Shown here in pieces: positions 1-10,716 of a stretch of DNA of 64,000 nucleotides. A program made the translations under genes and the position numbers. Source of the DNA: an uncultured Planctomycetota bacterium. GTDB lineage: Bacteria; Planctomycetota; PLA2; JAEUHO01. The notes beneath the pieces are model-generated. The model was not told the origin of the DNA, ran no database searches, and worked only from the letters and a program-made list of their open reading frames with translations. The stretch is taken from NCBI GenBank assembly GCA_963752285.1, contig CAVVXN010000005.1, positions 672,001 to 736,000 on the forward strand, in the 5' to 3' direction. Numbering within the stretch: the stretch's first letter is position 1; every line of letters starts with the position of its first letter.

Positions 1-64
1 CCATTCGGCCGCGGGAACCCAATCGCACGTCCTCTCGCGGCATCGGCCACGCGATCCCGGCCAT

Positions 65-80
65 CGCACGGAGCGTGCCG
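65..80 (-). promoter_or_regulatory. Putative sigma-54 (-24/-12) promoter pointing out of the left edge
   Basis: Minus strand CGGCACGCTCCGTGCG = GG-N10-GC with GGCACG -24 box. Confidence 0.5.
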
Positions 81-379
81 CGGGAGAGAAGCGCGACTAC
101 CGGCCCGGGGCGGGGGGCCCGTCGCCGGCGGCGGGTCGCGGGCCAGGGCTCGGGCCTCCGTCGGGCGCGGGGCATCGGACGTGCGTCTCTTGCACGGACG
201 GAACGACGTGCCGGCGAAGTCCTGCACGCAGGGGGGCGGGGATCGGCACCTTTGACCCGCTCCGTCGGGGGGCGCGGCGGTCCGGGCGCGCTTCCCCCCG
301 TCCGACGCTCGCGCGGCGGGGCCTCGGACGGCGGGTCGGACCGACTCGGACGGGGCCGCGGGGCCGAGGGCCAACTTCC

Positions 380-395
380 CGGCACGCGGGGTGCT
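380..395 (+). promoter_or_regulatory. Putative sigma-54 promoter upstream of the HPt-like/hybrid kinase genes
   Basis: CGGCACGCGGGGTGCT = GG-N10-GC, close to TGGCACG-N4-TTGCW. Confidence 0.55.
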
Positions 396-678
396 ACGCC
401 GACCGCGACATGGAGTGGCGGGGCCCCCCCCGCCGCCGGCTGTCCAGGGATGGTGTGGCGACCGGGCGCTCGAGGTCCGGTCGCGCCGTTCCCCGACGGC
501 CGACACGAGCGACGGATCTCCGTCGGAGACTTCGATGCACGACAACGAGGGGTCGGGTCCGCGGCGGTCGCGGCTCGCGATCCCGGATCGGGCGCCGATG
601 GTGAGACCGGGTCGAGAAGGCCGAGTCGGGAACGGACAAGGTCCGACGTCCCGGGATCTTGCGTATGCTCGACGCCCG

Positions 679-1401
679 ATGGTGGAGGACGAGCACGCCC
701 GAGACTCCGACCTCGGCCCCGAGGCCGCCGAGCACGTGCTCTCCGCGCTCGCCCACAAGCTCGGGTCGCCGCTCGGCGCCATCATCAACTACGGCTACCT
801 GCTCTCCGAAGAGCTGGCCGGCCGGCTCTCCGCGACGGAGCGGGGCTGGATGGAGCGGGTCGTCGAGGCGGCCGGGCGCGCGAAGGGGCTCCTCGCGGAG
901 TCGCGGCGCTTCGTCGAGGCGATGGCGCGTCCGATCCTGCCCGCGCGCCTCGGGCTCTCGCGGCACCTCGCGACGTCCATCGAGGAACGTCTGGTGGGGG
1001 CCCGCGTGGAGCTGGACGCGGGCGCGATCCCCGCCGGGCTCGAGGTCCGCGCCGACGCCGGTGCGCTCGCGGACGCGATCGAGGACCTCGTCGGCCTGCT
1101 GGTCGCCCTCTCGGGGGACGGGGTTCGCCCCGTGGTGCGCGTCGGCGCCCGCCGGGACGACGACCTTGCGCTCGTCACGATCGAGGGGCGTGGCATCCGG
1201 CTGGACGGGGACGGGTCTCTGGAGCGCACGCTCGAGCCGTTCGCCGTCGGGCCCCGGGTGGGCCGTGACGGCGTGGAGCTCGGGGTGCGGTACCAGGTCG
1301 CCCGCGTCCTCCTGGCCCGCCAGGGAGGCAGCGTCCAGGCGGTCCGCTCGCCCGACAACGCCCTGACGTGGGAGGTCCGCCTGCCGCTCGCCGCTCCCTG
1401 A
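679..1401 (+). CDS. Degenerate histidine-kinase-like protein, possible ChpT-like histidine phosphotransferase
   Basis: H-box LAHKLGSPLGAIINYGYLL; HATPase-like C-terminus (EPF, QGGSV) without N-box Asn or DxGxG; start uncertain (535/598/679). Confidence 0.7.
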   Translation: MVEDEHARDSDLGPEAAEHVLSALAHKLGSPLGAIINYGYLLSEELAGRLSATERGWMERVVEAAGRAKGLLAESRRFVEAMARPILPARLGLSRHLATSIEERLVGARVELDAGAIPAGLEVRADAGALADAIEDLVGLLVALSGDGVRPVVRVGARRDDDLALVTIEGRGIRLDGDGSLERTLEPFAVGPRVGRDGVELGVRYQVARVLLARQGGSVQAVRSPDNALTWEVRLPLAAP

Positions 1402-1514
1402 GCGGATTGGCGGTCCCCGCGGGTAGCGCCGAGGCGGCCCCGGGTGCGTTCGCTACCCTGGTGCGTCTCTCGGGCCGACGGCCCTGGTGCCGGCGTCCCG
1501 GGGAGGGGCGAGAG

Positions 1515-4112
1515 ATGGCGACGCTCGACGAGGCGAACATCCGGGTCGCGTCCGACGTGATCGACGCTTTGCCCCTCGCGCTCTTCGTGGTCGGCCCCGA
1601 CGAACGCGTCCTCCAGGCGAACCGGGCGAGTGTGGCGCTGTGCATCCGCGGCCTCGACCAGATCCCGGGACGCACGCTCTCCGACCTCCTGCCCACGCGG
1701 CGGCCGGGCGTCTGGACCGGCGTGATCCGGCGCGTGTTCGAGGAGGAGGCCCGCCTCGGCGTGGAGGCCACGCTGGCGGCGGGCGGCGGTCGGCCGCTTC
1801 ACCTCTCGGGCACGGCGGGGCCGTATGCCGCCGGGGACCGGGCCCGGCCTCGCGCGGTCCTCCTCCTCCGGGACGCGAGCGAGGACCGGCGCCGGCGCCT
1901 TCTCGACGACGCCGAGTGGATGTCGCTCTGCAACGCCGGGATCGTGGACACCGTGGACGACCGGCTGGCGCCGCTCTTGCGCCACCTGGAGAGCGTCGTC
2001 GAGCAGGGCTCCGCCGCGACGCTGCACCTCGTGAACGAAGACGCCAGCGAGCTGGGGCGCCTCGTGTCGGGGTCGATCGGAGAGCGGCTGCGCGATCGTC
2101 TCGCCCGCGGCCTCGTGGTCGCCGACCACGGTCACCCGGCGGCGCGCGCGGTCTACCGTCTGCGCCCGGTCGTCGTGGCGAGCATCCGCCGGAGCTCGTC
2201 GTGGGGACACGGGCGGGGGGCGGCGCTCGCCGAGGGCTTCAAGAGCTGCCTCGCCGTCCCGCTGGTGGGCCCGGGCAACCGGTGCCTCGGCGCGCTGAGC
2301 CTGTACCTGCGCCGCGAGGGCATGCCCGACGAGGACCTGCGGGCGTGCACGCGTCACATGGCGCGCACGCTCGCGCAGCTGGTCGAGCGCATGCGTCTCC
2401 AGCGCGAGCTCCGGCAGCGACGGCGCGTCCTCCAGTTCACACAGGAGTTCAACGCGAACCTCGGCCGCGAACACCTGCTCGCTCCGGTACTGAAGCGCAT
2501 CGTCGAGGAGGCGCGCTCGCTCACCGGCGCCGAGCAGGTCGCGATCGTCCACCGGCTGGTGGACGCGGGCGCGGGTCGCGACGGCTCCGCGTACGCCGTG
2601 GCGAGCGACGATCCCCAGGCCTTCGCCTCGCTCGGGATGCCGGGCGACACCCCGCTCCAGCTGGCGACGCTCCGGGGCCATCAGACGATCCGCTCGGCGG
2701 ACATCGGCCGGGAGACGCGGTTCCGCCGCGCGCTGGCCCTGGCACGGAACGGCGCCCGCCGGCAGGCGATCCACTCGTACCTCGCGACGCCGGTCGTGTC
2801 GCGGACCGGGGAGGTGCTCGGCGGACTCTTCCTCGGGCACCGGGAGCGCGGCGTCTTCTCGTCGCTCCACGAGGAGCTCGCGTCGGCGATCGCCGCCCAG
2901 GCCGGGATCGCCATCGACAACGCGCTGCACTTCGAGAGCGTGCGGCGGCGCAACAAGGAGCTGGCGGAAGAGGGGCGCCGCAAGAGCCGCGTGCTCGCGA
3001 CGCTCGGTCACGAGCTGCGAAACCCGCTCGGTGCCCTGACCACGAGTCTCGCGCTGATGGAGGAGGCGAACCCGATGCACCCGGACGTGCGTCGGGCCAT
3101 GTCGATCATGTGGCGACAGTGCCGACACATGAAGCGACTCGTGGACGACCTGCTCGACATGAGCCGGCTCGCGCGAGGCGCGATCGACCTGCACGAGGAG
3201 ACGGTCTCGCTCCAGGACGTCGTCGCGGACGCCGTCACCGACGCGAGCTTCCTCACCTCGGCCCGCGAGCAGCGCGTCACGAAGGACTTCCCGGACGAAC
3301 CGGTGTGGGTCGTCGGGGACGCCACGCGTCTCGAACAGGTCGTGGCGAACCTCGTGAGCAACGCGAGTCGCCACTCCCCCGACGGCGGCGAGATCCGGAT
3401 CCGGGTGGCGACCTCGGGCGATCGCGCCGTGATCCGCGTGCGCGACTGGGGCCGGGGTATCGACCCCACGCGCCTGGAGGAGATCTTCGACCTCTTCGTG
3501 CAGGCCGAGGACAACACGACCGCGGCCGGCGGCGGCCTCGGCCTCGGCCTGACGCTCGTCCGAGAGCTCGTACGTCTGCACAGCGGAAGCGTGCGGGCGA
3601 CGAGCCAGGGGATCGGGCACGGGAGCGAGTTCTTCGTAGACCTTCCGCGTGCTCCGGCATCGCCGTACGCGGCCCAGCCGTACGACGAGCCGACGCTGGC
3701 TGCCGAGTCGGACGGGCAGAACCGGCCGCTCGAACGGGGTCGCCGGGTCCTCCTCGTCGAGGACCAGGAAGACGCTCGCGACGCCATGCGGCTCCTGCTC
3801 CAGCGCTGGGGCTTCGCGGTCCACCTGGCCAAGGACGGTCCGGAGGCCATCGCGCGCGCCGTGCGGTGCCGGCCTCACGTCATCCTGCTGGACATCGGCC
3901 TCCCGACCATGAGCGGATGGGACGTCGCCAAGGAGCTCCGCCAGCGCGTGGACGCCAGCGTGCAGATCATCGCGCTCACCGGCCTCGGCCAGGCGGCGGA
4001 CCGCGCGATGTCGGAGAGCGTCGGCTTCGACGACCACCTCGTGAAGCCGATCGACCCACTCGTGTTGCGAGCCCGGCTCGAAGAAGCGATCGAGACGGCC
4101 CTCGCCGGCTGA
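1515..4112 (+). CDS. Hybrid sensor histidine kinase (PAS-GAF-GAF-HisKA-HATPase-REC)
   Basis: LGHELRNPL, NLVSNA, DWGRGI, GGLGLGL; REC VLLVED...LLDIGLP...KP; GGAGG upstream. Confidence 0.93.
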   Translation: MATLDEANIRVASDVIDALPLALFVVGPDERVLQANRASVALCIRGLDQIPGRTLSDLLPTRRPGVWTGVIRRVFEEEARLGVEATLAAGGGRPLHLSGTAGPYAAGDRARPRAVLLLRDASEDRRRRLLDDAEWMSLCNAGIVDTVDDRLAPLLRHLESVVEQGSAATLHLVNEDASELGRLVSGSIGERLRDRLARGLVVADHGHPAARAVYRLRPVVVASIRRSSSWGHGRGAALAEGFKSCLAVPLVGPGNRCLGALSLYLRREGMPDEDLRACTRHMARTLAQLVERMRLQRELRQRRRVLQFTQEFNANLGREHLLAPVLKRIVEEARSLTGAEQVAIVHRLVDAGAGRDGSAYAVASDDPQAFASLGMPGDTPLQLATLRGHQTIRSADIGRETRFRRALALARNGARRQAIHSYLATPVVSRTGEVLGGLFLGHRERGVFSSLHEELASAIAAQAGIAIDNALHFESVRRRNKELAEEGRRKSRVLATLGHELRNPLGALTTSLALMEEANPMHPDVRRAMSIMWRQCRHMKRLVDDLLDMSRLARGAIDLHEETVSLQDVVADAVTDASFLTSAREQRVTKDFPDEPVWVVGDATRLEQVVANLVSNASRHSPDGGEIRIRVATSGDRAVIRVRDWGRGIDPTRLEEIFDLFVQAEDNTTAAGGGLGLGLTLVRELVRLHSGSVRATSQGIGHGSEFFVDLPRAPASPYAAQPYDEPTLAAESDGQNRPLERGRRVLLVEDQEDARDAMRLLLQRWGFAVHLAKDGPEAIARAVRCRPHVILLDIGLPTMSGWDVAKELRQRVDASVQIIALTGLGQAADRAMSESVGFDDHLVKPIDPLVLRARLEEAIETALAG

Positions 4113-4319
4113 ACCATCTGCGTGTTCGGGATCGGTTCGGGCCCCGACCCGGGACGGCGGTCGTCTTCCCCGAGTCCCGGCGCACCGCGCGCAGGATGTG
4201 CCGGGAAGTCGGAAAGTCGCGCACGCGAACCGGCAAGGTCGATACACCGGGCGGCCGCGAAACGGCCGGAGTCGAACCCAACCGGGAAGCGCTCCGTAAG
4301 GCGGGCGGGCCGGCGGGCG

Positions 4320-4335
4320 CGGCACGCGGTGTGCG
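4320..4335 (+). promoter_or_regulatory. Putative sigma-54 promoter upstream of two small helical genes
   Basis: CGGCACGCGGTGTGCG = GG-N10-GC, intergenic. Confidence 0.55.
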
Positions 4336-4452
4336 ATCCGAGACCCGGAAGGTTCCAGACGCCGCCAGGACGCAGTGCGACCGAACGGTCGCGCCGTCGA
4401 CCAGGGCAGGGAGGACGGCGGCGGCGTCCCGGACGTTTCAGGGAGACGATCC

Positions 4453-4794
4453 ATGCAGATCGACCGCCGGTTCCTGGCGCGACGTCTCGACGCCTGGACG
4501 GAGAGGATCGAGCGCTTGCGCCAGGACGCCCGACTCCTGAGGCCCGAGGTCCGGGACCACTCCCGGACCGTCCTCGCCGAGCTGGACGAACGTCTCGGTG
4601 ACGCGCGTCAGGCCTTCCGTCGCGCCCTCGGCGCGGGCGCCGGGCACGACGACGGCCGGGACCGTACCCACTGGGACCTCGCGAGGACCTCGGCGCGCCG
4701 CCTGGAGAACCTGCTCCGGTGGTTCGCGATGGACGAACAGCCCGAACGGGTCCACCGGTCGCCTCGCCCGGTGCGGGCCCTGCAGCAGAGCTGA
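4453..4794 (+). CDS. Small helical/coiled-coil hypothetical protein
   Basis: GGGAGA then ATG; amphipathic helices RRLDAWTERIERL. Confidence 0.65.
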   Translation: MQIDRRFLARRLDAWTERIERLRQDARLLRPEVRDHSRTVLAELDERLGDARQAFRRALGAGAGHDDGRDRTHWDLARTSARRLENLLRWFAMDEQPERVHRSPRPVRALQQS

Positions 4795-4878
4795 CGCGTC
4801 CGACGGCGCCGACGTTCGGCAACCCGAACTCCGGTCTGGCGGTTGGAACCAGCCGCCCGATCGCGCGGAGGCTCTTGC

Positions 4879-5175
4879 ATGGTCCGTCCGACCCTGCCGT
4901 CCGATCGCTTCGAGGCGCAGCTTCGCCGCTCGTTGGCGGTGTGGGTCCGTCAGGCCCGGGACCTGCTGGCCGCTCGGCAGAGCGCCGGCGGCTTGCCCTG
5001 GGACGGAACCGCCGAGGCGCTCACCCAGGCCCTTCGCCGCGCCCACGGGGCGCTCGTGGATCTCGAACGAGCCGCCGGACGCGAACGGCAAGCCCGCTCC
5101 CGGTCCTTGAAGCAAGAGCTCGCGACGCTCCACGATGCCTGGCTCCAAGCGGCCGCGCGCGGCGACGAGAACTAG
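4879..5175 (+). CDS. Small helical hypothetical protein
   Basis: GGAGG then ATG; FEAQLRRSLAVW...LHDAW helical pattern. Confidence 0.6.
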   Translation: MVRPTLPSDRFEAQLRRSLAVWVRQARDLLAARQSAGGLPWDGTAEALTQALRRAHGALVDLERAAGRERQARSRSLKQELATLHDAWLQAAARGDEN

Positions 5176-5263
5176 CGGCGCCGTGACGACGCGGCGCGGG
5201 GGCCCGGGAGGGACCGCCCGGCGCGCGGGGCCCCTTGTGCGGGCCGGTTCGGCCGGCGAGCAT

Positions 5264-6742
<1,479 letters not shown>

Positions 6743-6813
6743 TCGGCGCGATCCGGGGGACTCCTCCCGACGACGCGCGAGCGCTACGATCCGGGGCCCG
6801 TGAGAGGCCCGAT

Positions 6814-7245
6814 GTGAAAACGCTCCCTTGGATCCTGCTCGGCGTGGTGTCGGCGGCCTGCGTGCTGGCCGTGGTGGTCGGGCGGCCGTCGGAGGAGAAG
6901 CTGACGCCTCGGGCCGAGCGGATCCTGCGCGACCTCTACGCCGGGAGGGCGGACCGGGTCTACGCCGCGGGCGCACGGGATCTTTGCGAGAGCCTGACGG
7001 AGGACGATCTCGAGAAGTACGTCGCGTCGCGGCGCTCGGCGCTGGGGGACTACCGCCGTGTGGCCTTCACGCGGGGCATCGACACGCCGCTGGGCGCGGA
7101 CCCCGGCACGAGGCGCGAGGTGCACCTCGTCCTCGTCTGCGACCGCGGACAGGCGAGCTGCGACATAGAACTCGCGAACGAGGACGGCGACGGGAGGCTG
7201 TCGTGGATCCGCATCGAGCCGCTCCCCGAGGGAGGGGCGAGGTAG
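6814..7245 (+). CDS. Membrane-anchored or secreted hypothetical protein (DUF4019/DUF3887-like)
   Basis: Hydrophobic N-terminus KTLPWILLGVVSAACVLAVVV; small alpha/beta domain ending in beta strands. Confidence 0.6.
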   Translation: MKTLPWILLGVVSAACVLAVVVGRPSEEKLTPRAERILRDLYAGRADRVYAAGARDLCESLTEDDLEKYVASRRSALGDYRRVAFTRGIDTPLGADPGTRREVHLVLVCDRGQASCDIELANEDGDGRLSWIRIEPLPEGGAR

Positions 7246-7363
7246 GGCCCGAGCCGACCCGCGCCGGCGTCGGCCCGCCGCGGCACCCGTCCCTGCGCCG
7301 CGCGCCGCCCGACGACCGGTGGCGGGGACGGACTCGATGCCCGGCCGGGCGTACCGTGGGGAC

Positions 7364-7939
7364 GTGAGCGGACCCTCGGCCCGGGAACCGATCGTCGTCT
7401 ACACCCTCGGGCACTCGACGCGCTCCATCGAAGACTTCCTCGCGATCGCGACGGGCGGCGCGGTCGAGCGCGTCGCGGACGTGCGCTCGTACCCCCGATC
7501 GCGCCGGTACCCGTGGTTCGACCGCGACGCGCTCTCGTCGAGCCTCGCCGCCGCGGGCATCGGCTACACGTGGCTCGGCGCCTCGCTGGGAGGGAGGCGC
7601 CGGGACGTCCCGCGCGCGGCGGCCCACAGCGCGTTTCGCGTCGCGGGCTTCCGCGCGTACGCGGCGCACATGGAAACGTCGGAGTTCGTGCGGGGGGTGC
7701 GAGCCCTCTTGGACCTCGCGTCGCACGAACGCGTCGCCGCGCTCTGCGCGGAGCGGCATCCGTCCCGGTGCCACCGCGGTCTGCTCGCCGACTACCTGAC
7801 GCTCGTCGTGGGCGTCCGCGTGGTCCACCTCCTCGCGCCGGGGTGGCAGGAGCAGCACGTGCCGCGTCCCTTCGCCCGTGTGGAGGCGGGCCGGGTCGTG
7901 TACGACCGGGGGGAGGGCCCGCCACTCCGGCTCGGATGA
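7364..7939 (+). CDS. DUF488 family protein
   Basis: YTLGHSTRS, VADVRSYPRSRRYPWF, LGGRR, LCAERHPSRCHR. Confidence 0.9.
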   Translation: MSGPSAREPIVVYTLGHSTRSIEDFLAIATGGAVERVADVRSYPRSRRYPWFDRDALSSSLAAAGIGYTWLGASLGGRRRDVPRAAAHSAFRVAGFRAYAAHMETSEFVRGVRALLDLASHERVAALCAERHPSRCHRGLLADYLTLVVGVRVVHLLAPGWQEQHVPRPFARVEAGRVVYDRGEGPPLRLG

Positions 7940-7972
7940 CGCGTCGGTCGTCCGCGGCGGACGGACCCGGGC

Positions 7973-9586
7973 TCAGAGGCCGTTTCCGTGCTCGTGGTGC
8001 CCTTCGGGGTGCTGGGCGTCCGCGGGCGCGAGCGTGGGGAGGATGGCCTCGAGCAGGACCGTACCTTCCGCATCCACGATCGAGAGCGTGTCCCCGGCCA
8101 GGTCGGCGAGCGTCGTCGCGCCGAAGGGGAGCGTCGTGTCGGCACCCACCTCGAACACGAAGCGCCCGCAGCCCTGCTCCGCCACCTCGATCCCTCCGAG
8201 CGTCTCCGTCGCGCCCTCCGCCGCCAGCTCCACGTCGTAGGACGCCGGCCCCGTGAGTCCCCGCACCTCGACCACGACCGCGCCCCGGTCGCCGCAGGTC
8301 AACACGACGACCTTGCCGGTCGCGTCGGGACTCGGCGCGCTGTCCGGGGGGACGAGGTCCGCGTCGCCCGCGAGCGCGGGGGACGGAGGCAGGTGGGGCG
8401 GCATCTCGATCTGCGGCACCTCGGCCTCGAGGACGACGGCGCCGTCCGGGTCCCTGAGCTCGAGCACCATGCCGATCAGGTCGGAGGGGTTCGAGATGGG
8501 GAGGTCGGCGGGAAGCGCGTTCTCGCCGCACGACGCGAGGACCAGGCGTCCCATGCCCAGGTCGTCGATCTCGATCGTGCCGAGGTCGATCTCGTCGCCC
8601 GTGGCCGGCACGAGCACCGCTTCGAGCGAAGCGGTCGTCGTGACGTGGCTCACCTCCAGGACGACGCGGACGCAGCCGTCGTCGATCCGCACGGAGACCG
8701 CGCCCACGGCGTCCGGATCCGGGCTCCCATCGGGCGGGGTCAGCACGAGGAGGGCGCGGGGGTGGTCGTGTTCGCGGTGGTCGGCCTCGGGTCCGGGCAG
8801 CATCCCCCGGAGCTGGATCGTGCCCTCCGAGTCCACGAGGACGACCTCGTAGCCCGCCAGGTCCTGGAGCGTGGTGGCGCCGAAGGGCAGCTCGTCGCCC
8901 GTGCAGTATCGGAGAGCGAGGCGCCCCTGCCCGTCGGCGGCCACGTCGAGGGAGGCCAGGTCCGCCGTGTCCCCGTCGGGGTTCCACAGCTGGACATCGT
9001 ACGTGGCGGGTCCCTCGAGCCCGCGGACCTCGATCTCGAGACCGCAGCAGTCCTGCCCGCACGCGACCTCGGCCTCGCCGACGCGTCCCGGCGCGTCCGT
9101 GCCGTCGGGCGGAAGCAGACGGCTCTCGCCGTCGTGGTCGTCCGCGCCGTCGTGCTGGCGGTCCATCCAGCTCTCGGCGACGTTGCCGTTCTCCATCTCG
9201 ACGTCCACGTGGCAGGTCTCGCCGTCGGAGAGCGGGCCCACCGAGACCACGTCGCCGTCGATGTCGGAGGCGTCAGGCGTCGGGTCGTCGCTCTCGTCCA
9301 CGTCGTTGCCCGGGGTCCCCGCCTCCGCGGGATCCTCGAACCGGACCGCGAACGTCTGGCCGGCCGGGACGCGCAGCGCGAAACCTCCCTGGGGGTCCGT
9401 CGTCGTCGTCTCGCCGTTCGTGGTGAGCGTGACGCGGAGGCCGCCCAGCGCGTCCGTCGATCCGTTCTTCGTCTTGACCGCGCCGACGACCTCGGCGGTG
9501 GATCCAGAGACCGGCGTCGAGCCGCCGCCTCCGCACGCGGGGAAGAAGGCCACGAGGCCGAGCAACATCCAGAGCCACGCACGCAT
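7973..9586 (-). CDS. Lipoprotein with three tandem beta-rich repeats
   Basis: GGAGGTG SD; signal ending FFPA-C-GGGGS; repeats LPFGATTLxDLAG. Confidence 0.8.
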   Translation of the reverse strand: MRAWLWMLLGLVAFFPACGGGGSTPVSGSTAEVVGAVKTKNGSTDALGGLRVTLTTNGETTTTDPQGGFALRVPAGQTFAVRFEDPAEAGTPGNDVDESDDPTPDASDIDGDVVSVGPLSDGETCHVDVEMENGNVAESWMDRQHDGADDHDGESRLLPPDGTDAPGRVGEAEVACGQDCCGLEIEVRGLEGPATYDVQLWNPDGDTADLASLDVAADGQGRLALRYCTGDELPFGATTLQDLAGYEVVLVDSEGTIQLRGMLPGPEADHREHDHPRALLVLTPPDGSPDPDAVGAVSVRIDDGCVRVVLEVSHVTTTASLEAVLVPATGDEIDLGTIEIDDLGMGRLVLASCGENALPADLPISNPSDLIGMVLELRDPDGAVVLEAEVPQIEMPPHLPPSPALAGDADLVPPDSAPSPDATGKVVVLTCGDRGAVVVEVRGLTGPASYDVELAAEGATETLGGIEVAEQGCGRFVFEVGADTTLPFGATTLADLAGDTLSIVDAEGTVLLEAILPTLAPADAQHPEGHHEHGNGL

Positions 9587-9737
9587 CGAACACCTCCGAA
9601 GACTGGGTTCCACCCCGACGGCCCCGCCCGTGCGGCGACCGAGCCCTCCCGAGCCCGGTCGAGCCTAGCGTCGCTCGCACGACCTCGCCGCCCGCCAGGG
9701 CGACGTCGCGAAGAGACCCTGAACACGTGAATGCGCC

Positions 9738-10274
9738 TCACCGCGCGGGGACGGGAGCCCCGGGCGCGAGCCGGACGGTCCGATCCACCGGGGGCGCCGG
9801 AGGAGGAGGCGGTGGGGGCGGCGTGCCCGTTCCGGTCCCTCGGTCCCGCGCCCCAGACGGAGCGGCGGGGACGACGGACACGGGAAGGGGGCCCCCAGGG
9901 GCGGGGCGCGCGACCGGCATGGACGGCCACGGCGGCGTGGTCCACGGGTCCGACGCGGGGCTCGCGGTCGGCGGGCCGGGAGGCGGCGCCGGGTGCGTGC
10001 CGGTCGTCGCCGGCCGCGCGACCGACGCGGGCACGGCGCGGATCCAGGTCGGAGGGGGTGGTGCGGGCGCGGGCCCGGGGGCGGTCGGGGTCGGGGGCGG
10101 CGCGGGGGTGGGCGGACGGGACGCGGTCTCGCCGTTCGAGACGAGCTCGTACTCGCCGTCTTCGTCCGCGCCGACCGCCTGCCAGTGGAAGCCGGGGGGC
10201 GCCGGCGGTCTCGCGCCCTGGCACCCACCGAGGATCGCGAGGAGGCCCACGACCCACGAGACACGAACGGACAT
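9738..10274 (-). CDS. Proline-rich lipoprotein
   Basis: MSVRVSWVVGLLAILGG-C lipobox; poly-Pro tracts. Confidence 0.55.
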   Translation of the reverse strand: MSVRVSWVVGLLAILGGCQGARPPAPPGFHWQAVGADEDGEYELVSNGETASRPPTPAPPPTPTAPGPAPAPPPPTWIRAVPASVARPATTGTHPAPPPGPPTASPASDPWTTPPWPSMPVARPAPGGPLPVSVVPAAPSGARDRGTGTGTPPPPPPPPAPPVDRTVRLAPGAPVPAR

Positions 10275-10397
10275 CCTCGAGCTCCCCGTGCGCAGAACGC
10301 GCGGGGCGATTCTACCGAGTCGAGGCTCGACCGCGAGACGGGGCGTCCGGCGTCGTGCGCGCGCGTGGTAGAAGCGCAGGCGAAGACGGAGGCGGAC

Positions 10398-10607
10398 ATG
10401 GCGACTTCGGACGAGCGCGCCCCGGGACGATGGTGGCTGGCGCACGAGGCCGCAGGCCAGGGTGGACGCGGCCGGTGGACGTGGCTCCTGGAGGTGGACG
10501 GCGGCTGGCTCGTGCTCGTCCGCGTGACGGACGAGACGACCTGGGGCGGTCTCACGTTCGTCCCCGACGCCGCGCACGAGTGCCCGCCCGTGCCGCCGCG
10601 GAGCTGA
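10398..10607 (+). CDS. Small Trp-rich hypothetical protein (69 aa)
   Basis: GGAGG SD; EVDGGWLV...LTFVPDAAHE. Confidence 0.65.
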   Translation: MATSDERAPGRWWLAHEAAGQGGRGRWTWLLEVDGGWLVLVRVTDETTWGGLTFVPDAAHECPPVPPRS

Positions 10608-10630
10608 GCGGGCGGGTCGGCCCGCACGCG

Positions 10631-10646
10631 CGGGACGGATGTTGCT
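10631..10646 (+). promoter_or_regulatory. Putative sigma-54 promoter
   Basis: CGGGACGGATGTTGCT = GG-N10-GC with TTGCT -12 box, about 70 nt upstream of the 10717 start. Confidence 0.45.
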
Positions 10647-10716
10647 ACGCTCGGGCCCGGCGCCCGGTCCCGAGCGCATCGGATCGGTCCGTCGCGGGCG
10701 CCGGTGGAGGTGAGGC

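Noticed and set aside
170..185. Additional GG-N10-GC site GGGCATCGGACGTGCG
   Set aside because: Weaker -24 box and far from a start codon; plausible by chance
795..4454. Very long antisense or alternate-frame ORFs (also 30924-34937, 43080-45941, 61000-63903 and many others)
   Set aside because: Arg/Gly/Pro-rich shadows of real genes; stop codons are scarce at this GC content and no motifs are present
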